Positions 22,696 through 33,975 of a stretch of 64,000 nucleotides of DNA are shown piece after piece (position 1 is the stretch's first letter; every line of letters starts with the position of its first letter). A program made the position numbers and the translations under genes. Origin of the DNA: Octopus bimaculoides (taxonomy: Eukaryota). The notes under the pieces are model-generated. The model was not told where the DNA came from. It saw only the letters and a program-made list of their open reading frames with translations, and made no database searches. The DNA lies in contig NC_068995.1 of the NCBI RefSeq assembly GCF_001194135.2, forward strand, positions 13,755,407 to 13,819,406, read 5' to 3'.

Positions 22696-25600
22696 GAGAC
22701 TCACAAATACCCAATATTTACAGGCATCCAACTACAAGGAAAAAGAAAGCAATACAAAGAAAAAAAGTTTTGAAAAACTATTTTTTGTATTTTAAACTAT
22801 AAATAGGAAGGAATTTTGTCTGGTAATAAAAGTTGAATTTGTTTTGATGCTAGGCTGGTTGAAAGTGTAATAATTAAAGAAAGACAAGAATATCATTGGT
22901 ATAACAGTCTTTCGTTGCTATCATAAAGTTCATTAGATAAAGAATATATTTTTAGTGTGCAGCCAAAAATGGAACAACTTAGATGACATGACAGCTGTCT
23001 GACTGAGAGAGGTGCCTCCATATCAAGAAAAGTTTTGGAGATATGATTTAGGGTTACACACACACACACACACACAAAGCTTAATATCCAAAGATATAGA
23101 TATACAAGATAATGGCTAGACAGGGGGAGAGAAAAAAATGTATGATAAACTTATCATTTGGAAGAAGATACCTGGATAACTGAAGCAGAGAACACCCACA
23201 GAGGGAATGGAATATTTTCAAGTCAGATAAATGGGTTTCTATACAGTCTTTCAACATAATCAATATATCTCCTTCAACAAACTCAATTATAGTGATGTTT
23301 GAAATGGCAGTCACATGTTTATAAATGTCTAAAATTTAGGAGAGCCTGGCTCACAATAAAGATAAAATGGTTGTGAGCAGAATGTTAATTAATGGCAGGA
23401 AATAACGAATGCTATGCTAAACCAAACTAAACTAAACTAAACCAACCTTCTCATTTCAATATATCTAAACTACCAAAGCTGTGAGATATTTGCACAAGCA
23501 AAACATTCACCAGATCATTTGACTCTAATGCTGTATTTCCTCACTGCATATTTAATTCTGGTCAACTTTTTAACACTTCAAGCTTTGAATATGCCTTAAC
23601 TGTTTCTTTTCAAGACATGGCTTGTACTATCTTTGTTTTTTTTAATTCTTTTACTTGTTTCAGTCATTTGACTGTGGCCATGCTGGGGTACTGCTTTGAA
23701 AGGTTTTACTTGAATTGACTGCAGGACTTTTTTTGTCTTTTAAGCCTGGTACTTATGCTATTGGTCACTTTTGTTGAACTGCTAAGTTACAAGGATGTAA
23801 ACGCACCAAAAACCAGTTGTCAAGCGGTGGTGGGGGACAAACGCATGTATGTACGTATGTATGTATGTATGTATGTATGTATGTACGTATGTATTATCCA
23901 GACAGACACACACACTCACACACAATGGGTATCTTTCAGTTTCTGTCAACCAAATTCACTCACAAAGCTCTGATTGACCCGATGCTATAGTAGAAGACAC
24001 TTGCCCAAGGTGTCACACAGTGGGACTGAACCCAGAACCATGTGGTTGGGAAGCAATCTTCTTACCTTGAATTATTTACTTCCTAGGCAATTTTATTTTC
24101 TCACAAGAAATATACAATCCTGTACACATACTTAGTGAGTCTTTCACTGTAACACTAAATGATATGGCAAAGGTTATTGCTTTGTTGTGGGGTCAGAATA
24201 AGTCCAAAACATGCTCAAAATAGTTTCTCCTGCTTGCTGGAGGGGAAAATAAAAATAATGTTAGTCACTGACAAATACTGATCTATTTTTCTTCACTGCC
24301 TATCTGATTCTATTTAGTTTTCTAAAGCTCCACGATTTAAACATTGTAACACTAACTTACCTATAAATCAACAGACCCCTGTTCAACACACAGGAAATGG
24401 AACGAAAACGAAAATAAACCATAATTAAAAATTCATGGAAAACACATTTTTGCCACATCTCACATTATTTACCAGCCAAATAAATCTAAATATAAATCAC
24501 ATGTACATACAGACACATAGGTACACACAGACACACGCACAAACATGCATATATGAGTAATGATGAAATCTCGTATGCCTAGGAGGAGGAGATGGGTGGG
24601 AATTTATAGTTGCATTTTTTCTTGGTTTTCCAGAAATATACATAGGCACAGGCATAGCTGTGTGGTAAGAAGCTTGCTTCCCAACCACATAGTTCTGAGT
24701 TCAGTCCCACTGCATGGGACCTTGGGAAAACATCTACTATAACCTCAGGCCAACCAAAGCCTTGTGAGTGAATTTGGAAGATGGAAATTTAAAGAAACCC
24801 ATTGTATATATATGTATGTATGTGTCTTTGTTTGACCCCCATCACTGCTTGACGACCAGTGTTGGTGTGTTTATGCCCCCATAACTTAGTGGTTCAGCAA
24901 GACTGATAGAATCAAATAGGCAGTGAAGAAAAAAAAAGGGACAAGTACTGGGGTCAGTTCATTTCACTGAAAGTTCAAGGTGGTAAACCAGCATGGCCAC
25001 AGTCTAATTGACTGAAACAAGTAAAAGATGATATATAAAGCAGTTCCAACCGAGGATAAAAAAATAAGCCATCAGGCTCATGTGTGCGTGTGCATGCATG
25101 CACAGCCACTGTCATCCTTCAAATGTTGATAAAATGGGAGATTGATATAATATATATTTGAAACAGTGCTCCATCATGGTCTTGCTGCACTGATTTGGAC
25201 CAATAAAAAATGAATATATGAAGCTCCCTTTGCAATCATGTGATTTCAGGTTTGGACCCACAGCACAGCAACACCTTGGGCATGTGTCTATTACTATAAC
25301 CCTAGGCCAGTCAATGCTTGTGAGTGAGTTTGGTAGATAAAAACTGTGTGGAAGCCTGTTGCGTGTGTGTGTCTTTGTCACCCCCACCTCACTGCTTGAC
25401 AGCTGGTATTGGTTTGTTTATATCCCTGTGATTTAGTGGTTCAGCAAAAGAGGCTGTTATAGAATAAGTACCAGTACTTACTTTTTAAAATAAGTACTGG
25501 TACTAAATAATAAAATACTAAAGCTTTCAAGGTGGTGCCCCAGCATGGCCGCAGTTCAATGACTGAAATAAGTTAAGAGATACACACACACATACATTTA

Positions 25601-25873
25601 TATGCCTATTTCATGACTTATCCCTCCTTTTTTGTCATATCTCCTTGCTTGACTTCTATCCATTGTTTGCACTAACCTGCATCAATCTCATACAGTGTCT
25701 CTATAGCCTTGCATTTTGATGTAAATCTCCAAAGGCTAAGGGCACCATCTTTCATTTCAGAACCCTTTTATAAGGTCAAGATAGAAAGATAGGGTCTACC
25801 ACAGTCCTGCTGTTGCAATGATATTAGCATCACAGTCTGCTGTTCAGAGAACAGAACTTTTGTTTTTTTTTTA

Positions 25874-25911
<38 letters not shown>

Positions 25912-27299
25912 GAATGCTAAACTTCAAATATAGCTTGAAATGGTTTATTAATGTCAGATAAGGTATTTTAACATTTATGCCAGTACAACTAGTCTGGTCT
26001 GGTGTAGTAGTAATAGTGGTAGTAGTGCACATACTGGTTTATACCAATGACATTCAAACATTAAAGGAGTGTTTTCAAAGTTTTGGGAATGAAGTGAGCT
26101 GTAATTTTTACAACAGAAAAAACTGGTTAATCAACTTGTTACCTAACATAAACGACAAATGGAAAGAAAAAGAAGTAAAAAAAAAAAGGAGAGAGAGAGA
26201 CGGTTATATTGAAAATGTGGTATCAGATGAATGGAAAGGCAAAATCTCTTAGTGATACATCTGTCATAAGTAAAAATGGTGAATAAAATAGTAATAAAGA
26301 AAAGGTAAGGATGATTACAACAAAGTTTGCTAGTAACATAAAACTATGAATGAACTACAAGGATCTTATTTTACCTTATAGTCAGTCAGGAGAGGAGACA
26401 GTGCCCCACGATTATTTACAGGGCTTCTGTTATTGGGAGGATGTGCAAGGAAGATATCTTCAAATTGAAAACCTTGATTGAATGCTTAAAGGTATGGAAA
26501 GTGCCATGTGGTGATATTAAACAAGGTCACGAATTAAGTTTACCGCCTATGGCAGGATTTGAAAGTGCCAGGTGGTAGTATAAAATTGGGTAGTAAATCA
26601 AGTCTACAACTCATGTAAATCATGCCGCATGGTTTTGAATCCTGGACCGGGCGATGTGTTGTGTTCTTGAGCAAGATGCTTCATTTCACGTTACTCCAGT
26701 TCTCCCAGCTAGCAAAAATGAGTAATCCTCAGATGGACTAGTGTCCTGTTCAGAGTGGAATATATATGCCAGAGAAACCAGCTCTATGCTCCTTACAGAG
26801 TAAGGTGAACTAACCACCCAAGTAAATCATTGTGGGATTTGAAATCAGAGTACGAAATGCATGACCTCCCATCCCGTGCTCTAAGAATCCTGCCAGTCCA
26901 CCATCCAAGATTCATTTTTTCTGGACTAATTATTGACCCTGGAAGAATAAAAGGCTAAGTTAACCTCAGCAGGATTTGAACTCAGAAAGTAAGCAATTGA
27001 AATAAATACTGCAAAGGTATTTTGCTTGATACTCTAATGATTCTACCAACTGATGTTTAGCCCCAGGTCAGATCTGTTCATATGGGGCCTATGATTAGAG
27101 ACATTTCAACTATGATCACTATGGGGTATTGGGGACCAGATTATTTAAAAGTCCTTTATTTCATTAAGACATTAGGATGTTATTTGAAAGAAATTTAGCT
27201 GCTGTTTCTAACAGTTTGAGTATGGCTGTGTGGTTAAGAAGTTCATTTTGTAAACATAGTTTTAGACTTTGTCCCACTGAACTGTGCATATTCATATGC

Positions 27300-27336
<37 letters not shown>

Positions 27337-29389
27337 CTTTGTTTTTTGTCTGTCACCACTGTTTTCAACTGGTATTGGTTTGTTCATATCCCTGTAACTT
27401 TGCAATTCAGCAAAGGAGACCAATAAAATAAGTACCAGACTTAAAAGTAAGTACCGGAGACAATTTGTTCGACAAAAATCCTTCAAGGTAGTGCTCCAGT
27501 CCAACAACTGAATAAGAGTAAGAGTGACTCTGTAGAAGACTTCTCATCTAAATGCAAAGAGTGTTTCACGATGTACGAGATGTTATGCAAGTGCACCCAA
27601 CACTGGCCAATCCAGTTTCACCATTGATCACTCTCTATGTGAAGGTCAACAACCTCGCAAAGTAATAGTACATGATACAAGTTTCAATTTCAAATGGAGG
27701 TGAATAATAGCCATACATACCATATTAGTTAATATTTATTACATTAGTTAATGAGTGCTTAAACAATATAACTATTGTATCTGTTACGCACCAGGTGGCC
27801 ACAGTATGTGTGCTGTATTGTCCAATCAGTAATATGATTGTTTGGCAAGGGCAGTAAGCTGGTAGAATTGTTAACATGCCAAGCAAAATGCTTAGTGGTA
27901 TGTCACCTGTCTTTAACTTCGGAGTTCAAATTCTGCCGTGGTTGACTTGGACTTTCATTCCTTTCGGAGTTGATAAAATAAGTATCAGTTGAGCACTGAG
28001 GGTCGATGTAATCAATTTACACACCCTGATCCCACCCAAAATTGCTGGCCTTGTGCCAAAATTTAAAACCCAATATGATCATTTGGCAAGCAATAAATAT
28101 CTTTGCAACATTCAGTCTTGGATTACAAATGATGTGCGAAACGAACGTGCAAGCCAACAACAATGGTTGGTAACAAGCTGGGTGTATCAGCAGGAGAGCA
28201 TCAGTTACTGTCTAGCTTTTGGTCAGTACACATCCCTGCTTAAATTCACTGCACTTTCTCTTGAATTTCCTATGAAAAAAATAGTTTCAGTTTACAAACA
28301 TTTTAGGTGACAAACAGCCTTCAGGAACGAATTTGATTAGTAAATGAAAGTTTCAGAGTATATGAACATCCAGCTTTTAGTGGCCATGTATGATGGTTTG
28401 GTATACATAGTTGATGGAGTATAAGGACACAAAAATGCAAGCATCCTATGGTTCAGTGACATTATTCATGGGTCTAGTTGTGTGTTGTCTATAAAAAGAA
28501 TTTCTTCTCTTAACACAATTCGTGCAGCATTTCGTTTTTCCCACGTTCAAGTGTACATGAACATGTTATATATGATTATGCATAACTACATCCAACTACT
28601 ACTAACTTTGACCAGAATGTTAACTACATGTCACCTTTACAAACTCAGCAAAAATGATAACCACAGATCTGACAAATCCGGCAACTGTACCAACATATCT
28701 CGATAACTACTATTTAGCTAGCAATAACAACTTAGAACATTCTAACATAAAATTATATAAAACTAAGGTGAGAGGTTTTTAACCTTTTTGATATTAACCA
28801 ACTCAAGACCACCCATGGTTCTGTGATACAAAATGCTTGCTTTATTCCATTAAAATTTCATGTTGACTTATGTCTCTCAGACACCAGTTTAATAATGAAG
28901 AAGTAATTTTATTAAATTCTTCATTATTTTGAAAATTAACTGAAACAAAGGCCGTGTATTTCAACAGAAATATGGTAAAGATAAACACTTTAGAGTTAGA
29001 GACTATGTATATGATGACAGCAAAAATTTGGAATGAGTGCTGAAATGAGCTGCTGCCAGTAGATAACCGAGTTTTTAAGCAGAATCAGAGAGTAAAAGGA
29101 GGAGGGTAGAGGAAAAAACCGCCCCAAAAAACAACAAGATTGTATGCAATTATAGTTGAGGGTTTGATGAACAATTCAATAACAGGAAGTAACCAAATAA
29201 GACTCCAGGAAAATATGACAATGAAAAAAACCCATGAAACCAATATGTTCACAAGGGAAGTGATAGATGTAATGCAATCTCAGATAAATTGACAAAGAAA
29301 ATAACACTCATAATAGATTAAAACCATGTAACATATTGTGGTATGTAAAGGGTTGTTAGGTGACCACCACTGAAGGTTTCCTTTATATG

Positions 29390-29641
29390 CAGTGGTTCTC
29401 AACCATTTTGTGCCTGTAGACCCCTTTGATTCCTGTTTTACTCTACTGGACCTCCATAACCATTCAGTGTTAAATTTTTTAAAATTATATTTTTATAATT
29501 AAATATTACATAGAATTGTATGAAAAAGTTGTTAAAATATTTTGTGCATTGTAGTATAACCAATTTATTGCACAAGAACTTTAACAACAAAATCTTAAGT
29601 GAACCCCCAAGGGCCATATGGACCCTGGTTGAGAACCATTG
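29390..29641. mobile_element. hAT-like MITE
   Basis: TIR cagtggttctcaacc / ggttgagaaccattg. TSD not conserved. A truncated copy in the opposite orientation lies at about 34760-34998. Confidence 0.7.
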
Positions 29642-30699
29642 GCCTACAGACTATTGATTACAGATGAAAATCAGAGTGAAGTGAAAAGGTCTTCATTGGG
29701 AATTGGACCCATATTGCAGATTTGGTTTACTGACAACTTACCATAACTCTATAGTACTCTCACAGTGCATAATATTCATTAGATATACTGTGGTCAATCA
29801 GGATAAATCATACCCTACTATTTTGGGAAGGACACTTTATATAATATGATCCTACATAATCAGCATCAATAAACATCTGTTTTCCATGCTAGCATGGGTT
29901 GGATGGTTTGATTGTGTCTAGTGAACCAAAGGGCTGTTATGTGCTTCATTGTTAGTTTTGACATGGTTTCTATTCTGGATGCCATTCCTAATGCCAACCA
30001 CATTACAGAAGGTACTGGTGATTTTTTTTTTTTACATGCCAGTGGTATGAATGGTGTGGTTGAGTAACTTACAAGACGGAAAAATATTAGAAAATGAAAA
30101 AGTCCTTTTGGCTAAGTGTGGGTGTGGAAGTATTTGAGAGGTGCCAGGTGTTGGGGAGGTGGTTAAAGTAGGATAGACGGACAAGCACAGATATCTTGCT
30201 ATAGTGAAGATATATGGCTACCTTGTATTATATAAGGTGAGTGAGAGTAGCTGGAGAGAAGATTAGAGAGTGGTGATGGGATACTAGCATAGCACAAACC
30301 CTCAAGAATCAAAAGAGGACACAAGCAGGTGCCAGAGCAAACCCTCAAGGAGGACAAGAGAACCAAGGAATACTTCTGATCATAAATAACTCTGTTCAAT
30401 CAGAAATGACCCAGGACTAATCAACAATACAAAATTCCTTCCTCTAAAGGTTACTAATGTGTACCTAATGGTGTACTTGAATTGGTAGATAAGGACTGTT
30501 ATTTAGAAAGACGAATATATATATACAACAATGTCAACTGACAGGATAATGTCAAACATGCCAAGTAACTGGTTAAGTAATTAATATATTCCTTTATGAC
30601 AAAGGTATTTTATCTTCACAGTATATAGAAAATCACTTTTATAGTTCATGATGGAAAGCTGATTTCATTTTGTCAGTAGCTGGGAAGACCAATGAATGT

Positions 30700-30740
<41 letters not shown>

Positions 30741-32372
30741 TCTCTCATATACATGTATATATAGATGGTGTAATATATTATTTTAAAGTTATGTTTACAT
30801 ATTTTCTATAGAATTTAGAGCCAGCACTGAAAGTTAATGCTTTGTATATGAATATGCCTATGTAAACAATGCAATCAAAGATAGAAAAATAGGTAATTGG
30901 TGTATATGCATGTTTCGGGAGTTATTGCTCCTTCTTCAGCACCACATCCAACCCATTAACCATCCACGAACACATTGTTTAAATAGCCACTAAATTTAGC
31001 GGTCTAACACAATTGGACAGACCCATTTACATATTGAACACATTCCCAGCAACTGGTACATACATATTAATTGCGGGTAGGGACACTGTATTTTGTTTTG
31101 CAAACATAATATACCACCAAGTATATTAAGGGTTTAATAGTTAATATTATCTCATACTTTTTGTGTTAGCAGTGTGATTCAATCACTTTTAAGTTATCTC
31201 AGAGCCAGCATTGAAAGTTTCATATATGACTATGTCTATGTAAACAATATGATTAAAGATAGAAAAAAAAAGGTAATGAGTGTATATTATATTTTAGGAT
31301 AGCCATACTGATCATTTAATAAGCACATAAGAGTGGCAGACCTAATACACTACTTGATTTAACAGGACTCCTTGGTTCTTAGTGTCTTTTGTGGAGGTCA
31401 CTTTGTCATAAGCCTTTGGACTAGATGCTGTTCCCTTCTGCTCACATTTCTTCTGTGGGCATAGCCCTAACAGTTGCAGTGATGTCCCCACTCAAAGAGA
31501 ACAGGTAGAGGGTTTATAGGCACTGTCTCTTTTCTCCTTATAAAAACACAAAGAAATATTCAATTATTCCTTTTGATATACAGGTAGTTCTTGCTTTTCA
31601 AATTTATGATTACTGACTTTATATGTTTATGAGAATTTTCTATGGTTAAAAAAATAAGAAGTATTTTTGAATAAATTTATTTAAACAAATTTGTACATAA
31701 CTCAAGCTGTATTGGCTAAGAATGACGTCTGTGTAGACACCTGTCAGCTGAGCCAAAGGCCAAATTTGATTGGTGAAAGGTGGTAAATCACAGACTCCCT
31801 TACTTGATACCTTCATATTTGTTTCAATTCATTATTATTCTATTATTTCCATGTGGATGCTAATGAAGCATCTTACATGGCTTTGTTTTGTTATTTATAC
31901 CTTCAGCTTTGTGAATTTTCAGTTAACAAGTGATAAGTAGGAAAAAGTCAACTTGTAAGGAACTGCAAGTAGTTAATAAATACTGAAGTCTTTTTTCTAC
32001 TACATTTTTAATCATCATTTTGAGACAGTGTACCAATGAGCAGGCCACAAACAAAGTAAAAACAACTTTTTGACTATCTTGGTTATAACATAAAATCTTG
32101 TAGTTTACATGAAACACCCAAACTGAAGCGTATAAAAAGCAGGCAATGAAAGCCACTACATTGTTGAGTAAAGAGGGTAAAAAATAATTTAGAATTTCAA
32201 CTTTTTAAACACTATCCATTACTGCCTTAACTCGATAACTGGATGCTATTTGCCCTCCTTGCTGCCAACCCTCACCTGTTTAAAAGGTTATATAATAATA
32301 ATATATAATGATATCTCCTTATGGCCAGACCGGTTTTCCATGGAAGACTGGAAATGAACAACCTCACTTGTA

Positions 32373-32549
32373 CATTATTTACAATTGATGGATATTTGTC
32401 CTCATCTTGTTTGTTGTTAACACAACGTTTCGGCTGATATAACCTCCAGCCTTCAGCCGAAACGTTGTTAACAACAAACAAGATGAGGACAAATATCCGT
32501 CAATTGTAAATAATGTACATAATTCCTCATCTCTTAAATATAGAACTGG
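32373..32549. mobile_element. Fold-back Penelope-like fragment with a 13-bp flanking direct repeat
   Basis: Inverted arms 32369-32437 and 32453-32519 (one mismatch, one 2-nt indel). AACCTCACTTGTA at 32360-72 and 32550-62. Hammerhead 3' half (GGCTG...CAGCC GAAAC GTT) reads on the minus strand. Confidence 0.65.
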
Positions 32550-32810
32550 AACCTCACTTGTATGATGGTGAAGCTTGTTTACAACCATCATGTGATATCA
32601 AGACAAGGGTATACACACACATGTGATGGGTTTCTTTCAGTTTTCATCAATCAAATTCACTTGCAAGGCTTTTGTCACACATACTCAAGGTGTTGCACAG
32701 TGGGACTGAACCCAAGATCACATGGTTAGAAAGCAAGTTTCTCAACTACACAGCTACAACTGCACCTACTATATACATAAAACTTATTTTGCACTAGGGT
32801 AGAATCATGA

Positions 32811-33975
32811 AAGTATATATGGCGTCAGTCCATAGATAATGTTGTTTTTACAATTGCATGAACTAAAAGTTGGAGGGGGGACAGGATAAACTACATGCAT
32901 CAACTTGCAGGTAGTAATTTTACTTTATCCTTATTTGTAGTGCGTGTTTTGAAGAGTGCACTTCGATTTTAACAGTCATTTTTTCATGTGTATCATCATC
33001 ATCATCATCATCATCGTTTAACGTCCGCTTTCCATGCTAGCATGGGTTGGACGATTTGACTGAGGACTGGTGAAACCGGATGGCAACACCAGGCTCCAGT
33101 CTGATTTGGCAGAGTTTCTACAGCTGGATGCCCTTCCTAACGCCAACCACTCAGAGAGTGTGTGTGTTTTTTTAAATAGCTTTATGATTACTATGGTGTA
33201 ATTGTTTCACTTTCAACACTCAGACCAAGCCACTTTCCCAGAAACAGTACAACTCAGAAATTTAACCCATTTAACCCATGGGCATTTAAACCAGCCATAT
33301 TAGGCTGAAATATTCTGTTTTATGTTCGAACTGGCCAAATCTGGCCTCTCACAGCTGCCCTACAATGTCATCCTAAAAATAAGCCATCATATTTATATCT
33401 CAAAGCAGCAAGACAATGCATGGTTAATTCAAAACAATATGAATATTACATTTGACAGAATAATCTGAACGCTAAAGGATCAAAACACAAACCATTGTTT
33501 ACCATTATGTCTACATTATTGCCATATTTTAAGATTATATTCATATATTATTAACTATCAAAGTATTTTGTTGTACATATGTGACCTTAGTCACTAACAG
33601 TCATAGAAAAGAGTATCAGTGACTTGGTAAGAAATGCACAATGAAGGACTTTGATACCGAATACTATACAATGCTATTACTAAGTAGAACAGAAGTATAT
33701 ATGGCGTCAGTCCATAGATAATGTTGTTTTTACAATTGCATGAACTAAAAGTTGGAGGGGGGACAGGATAAACTACATGCATCAGTTTGCAGGTAGTAAT
33801 TTTACTTTATCCTTATTTGTAGTGCGTGTTTTGAAGAGTGCACTTCGATTTTAACAGTCATTTTTTCATGTGTATGTGTGTGTTTTTTTAAATAGCTTTA
33901 TGATTACTATGGTGTAATTGTTTCACTTTCAACACTCAGACCAAGCCACTTTCCCAGAAACAGTACAACTCAGAA
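32811..33975 (+). repeat. Local direct duplication of a 283-bp unit (32811-33259 with a 166-bp insert; 33693-33975)
   Basis: 281/283 identical by eye once the insert is removed; the only difference is catcaacttgc versus catcagtttgc. Confidence 0.92.
32993..33158 (-). mobile_element. Young 166-bp (GAT)n-tailed retro-insertion with an RTE-type tail
   Basis: Boundaries defined by the empty paralogous site at 33874/33875. A near-identical plus-strand copy lies at 41894-42056. Older relatives occur at about 7685, 13266, 14512, 29870, 37815 and 50268. Confidence 0.85.

Noticed and set aside
28230-28290. Possible minus-strand poison exon (tttttttcatag|GAAATTCAAGAGAAAGTGCAGTGA, EIQEKVQ*)
   Set aside because: The acceptor is plausible, but there is no convincing donor or other support; chance is likely.
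32369-32519. Reading the long hairpin as a pre-miRNA gene
   Set aside because: The near-perfect arms, flanking 13-bp direct repeat and hammerhead half are better explained by a transposon fold-back.
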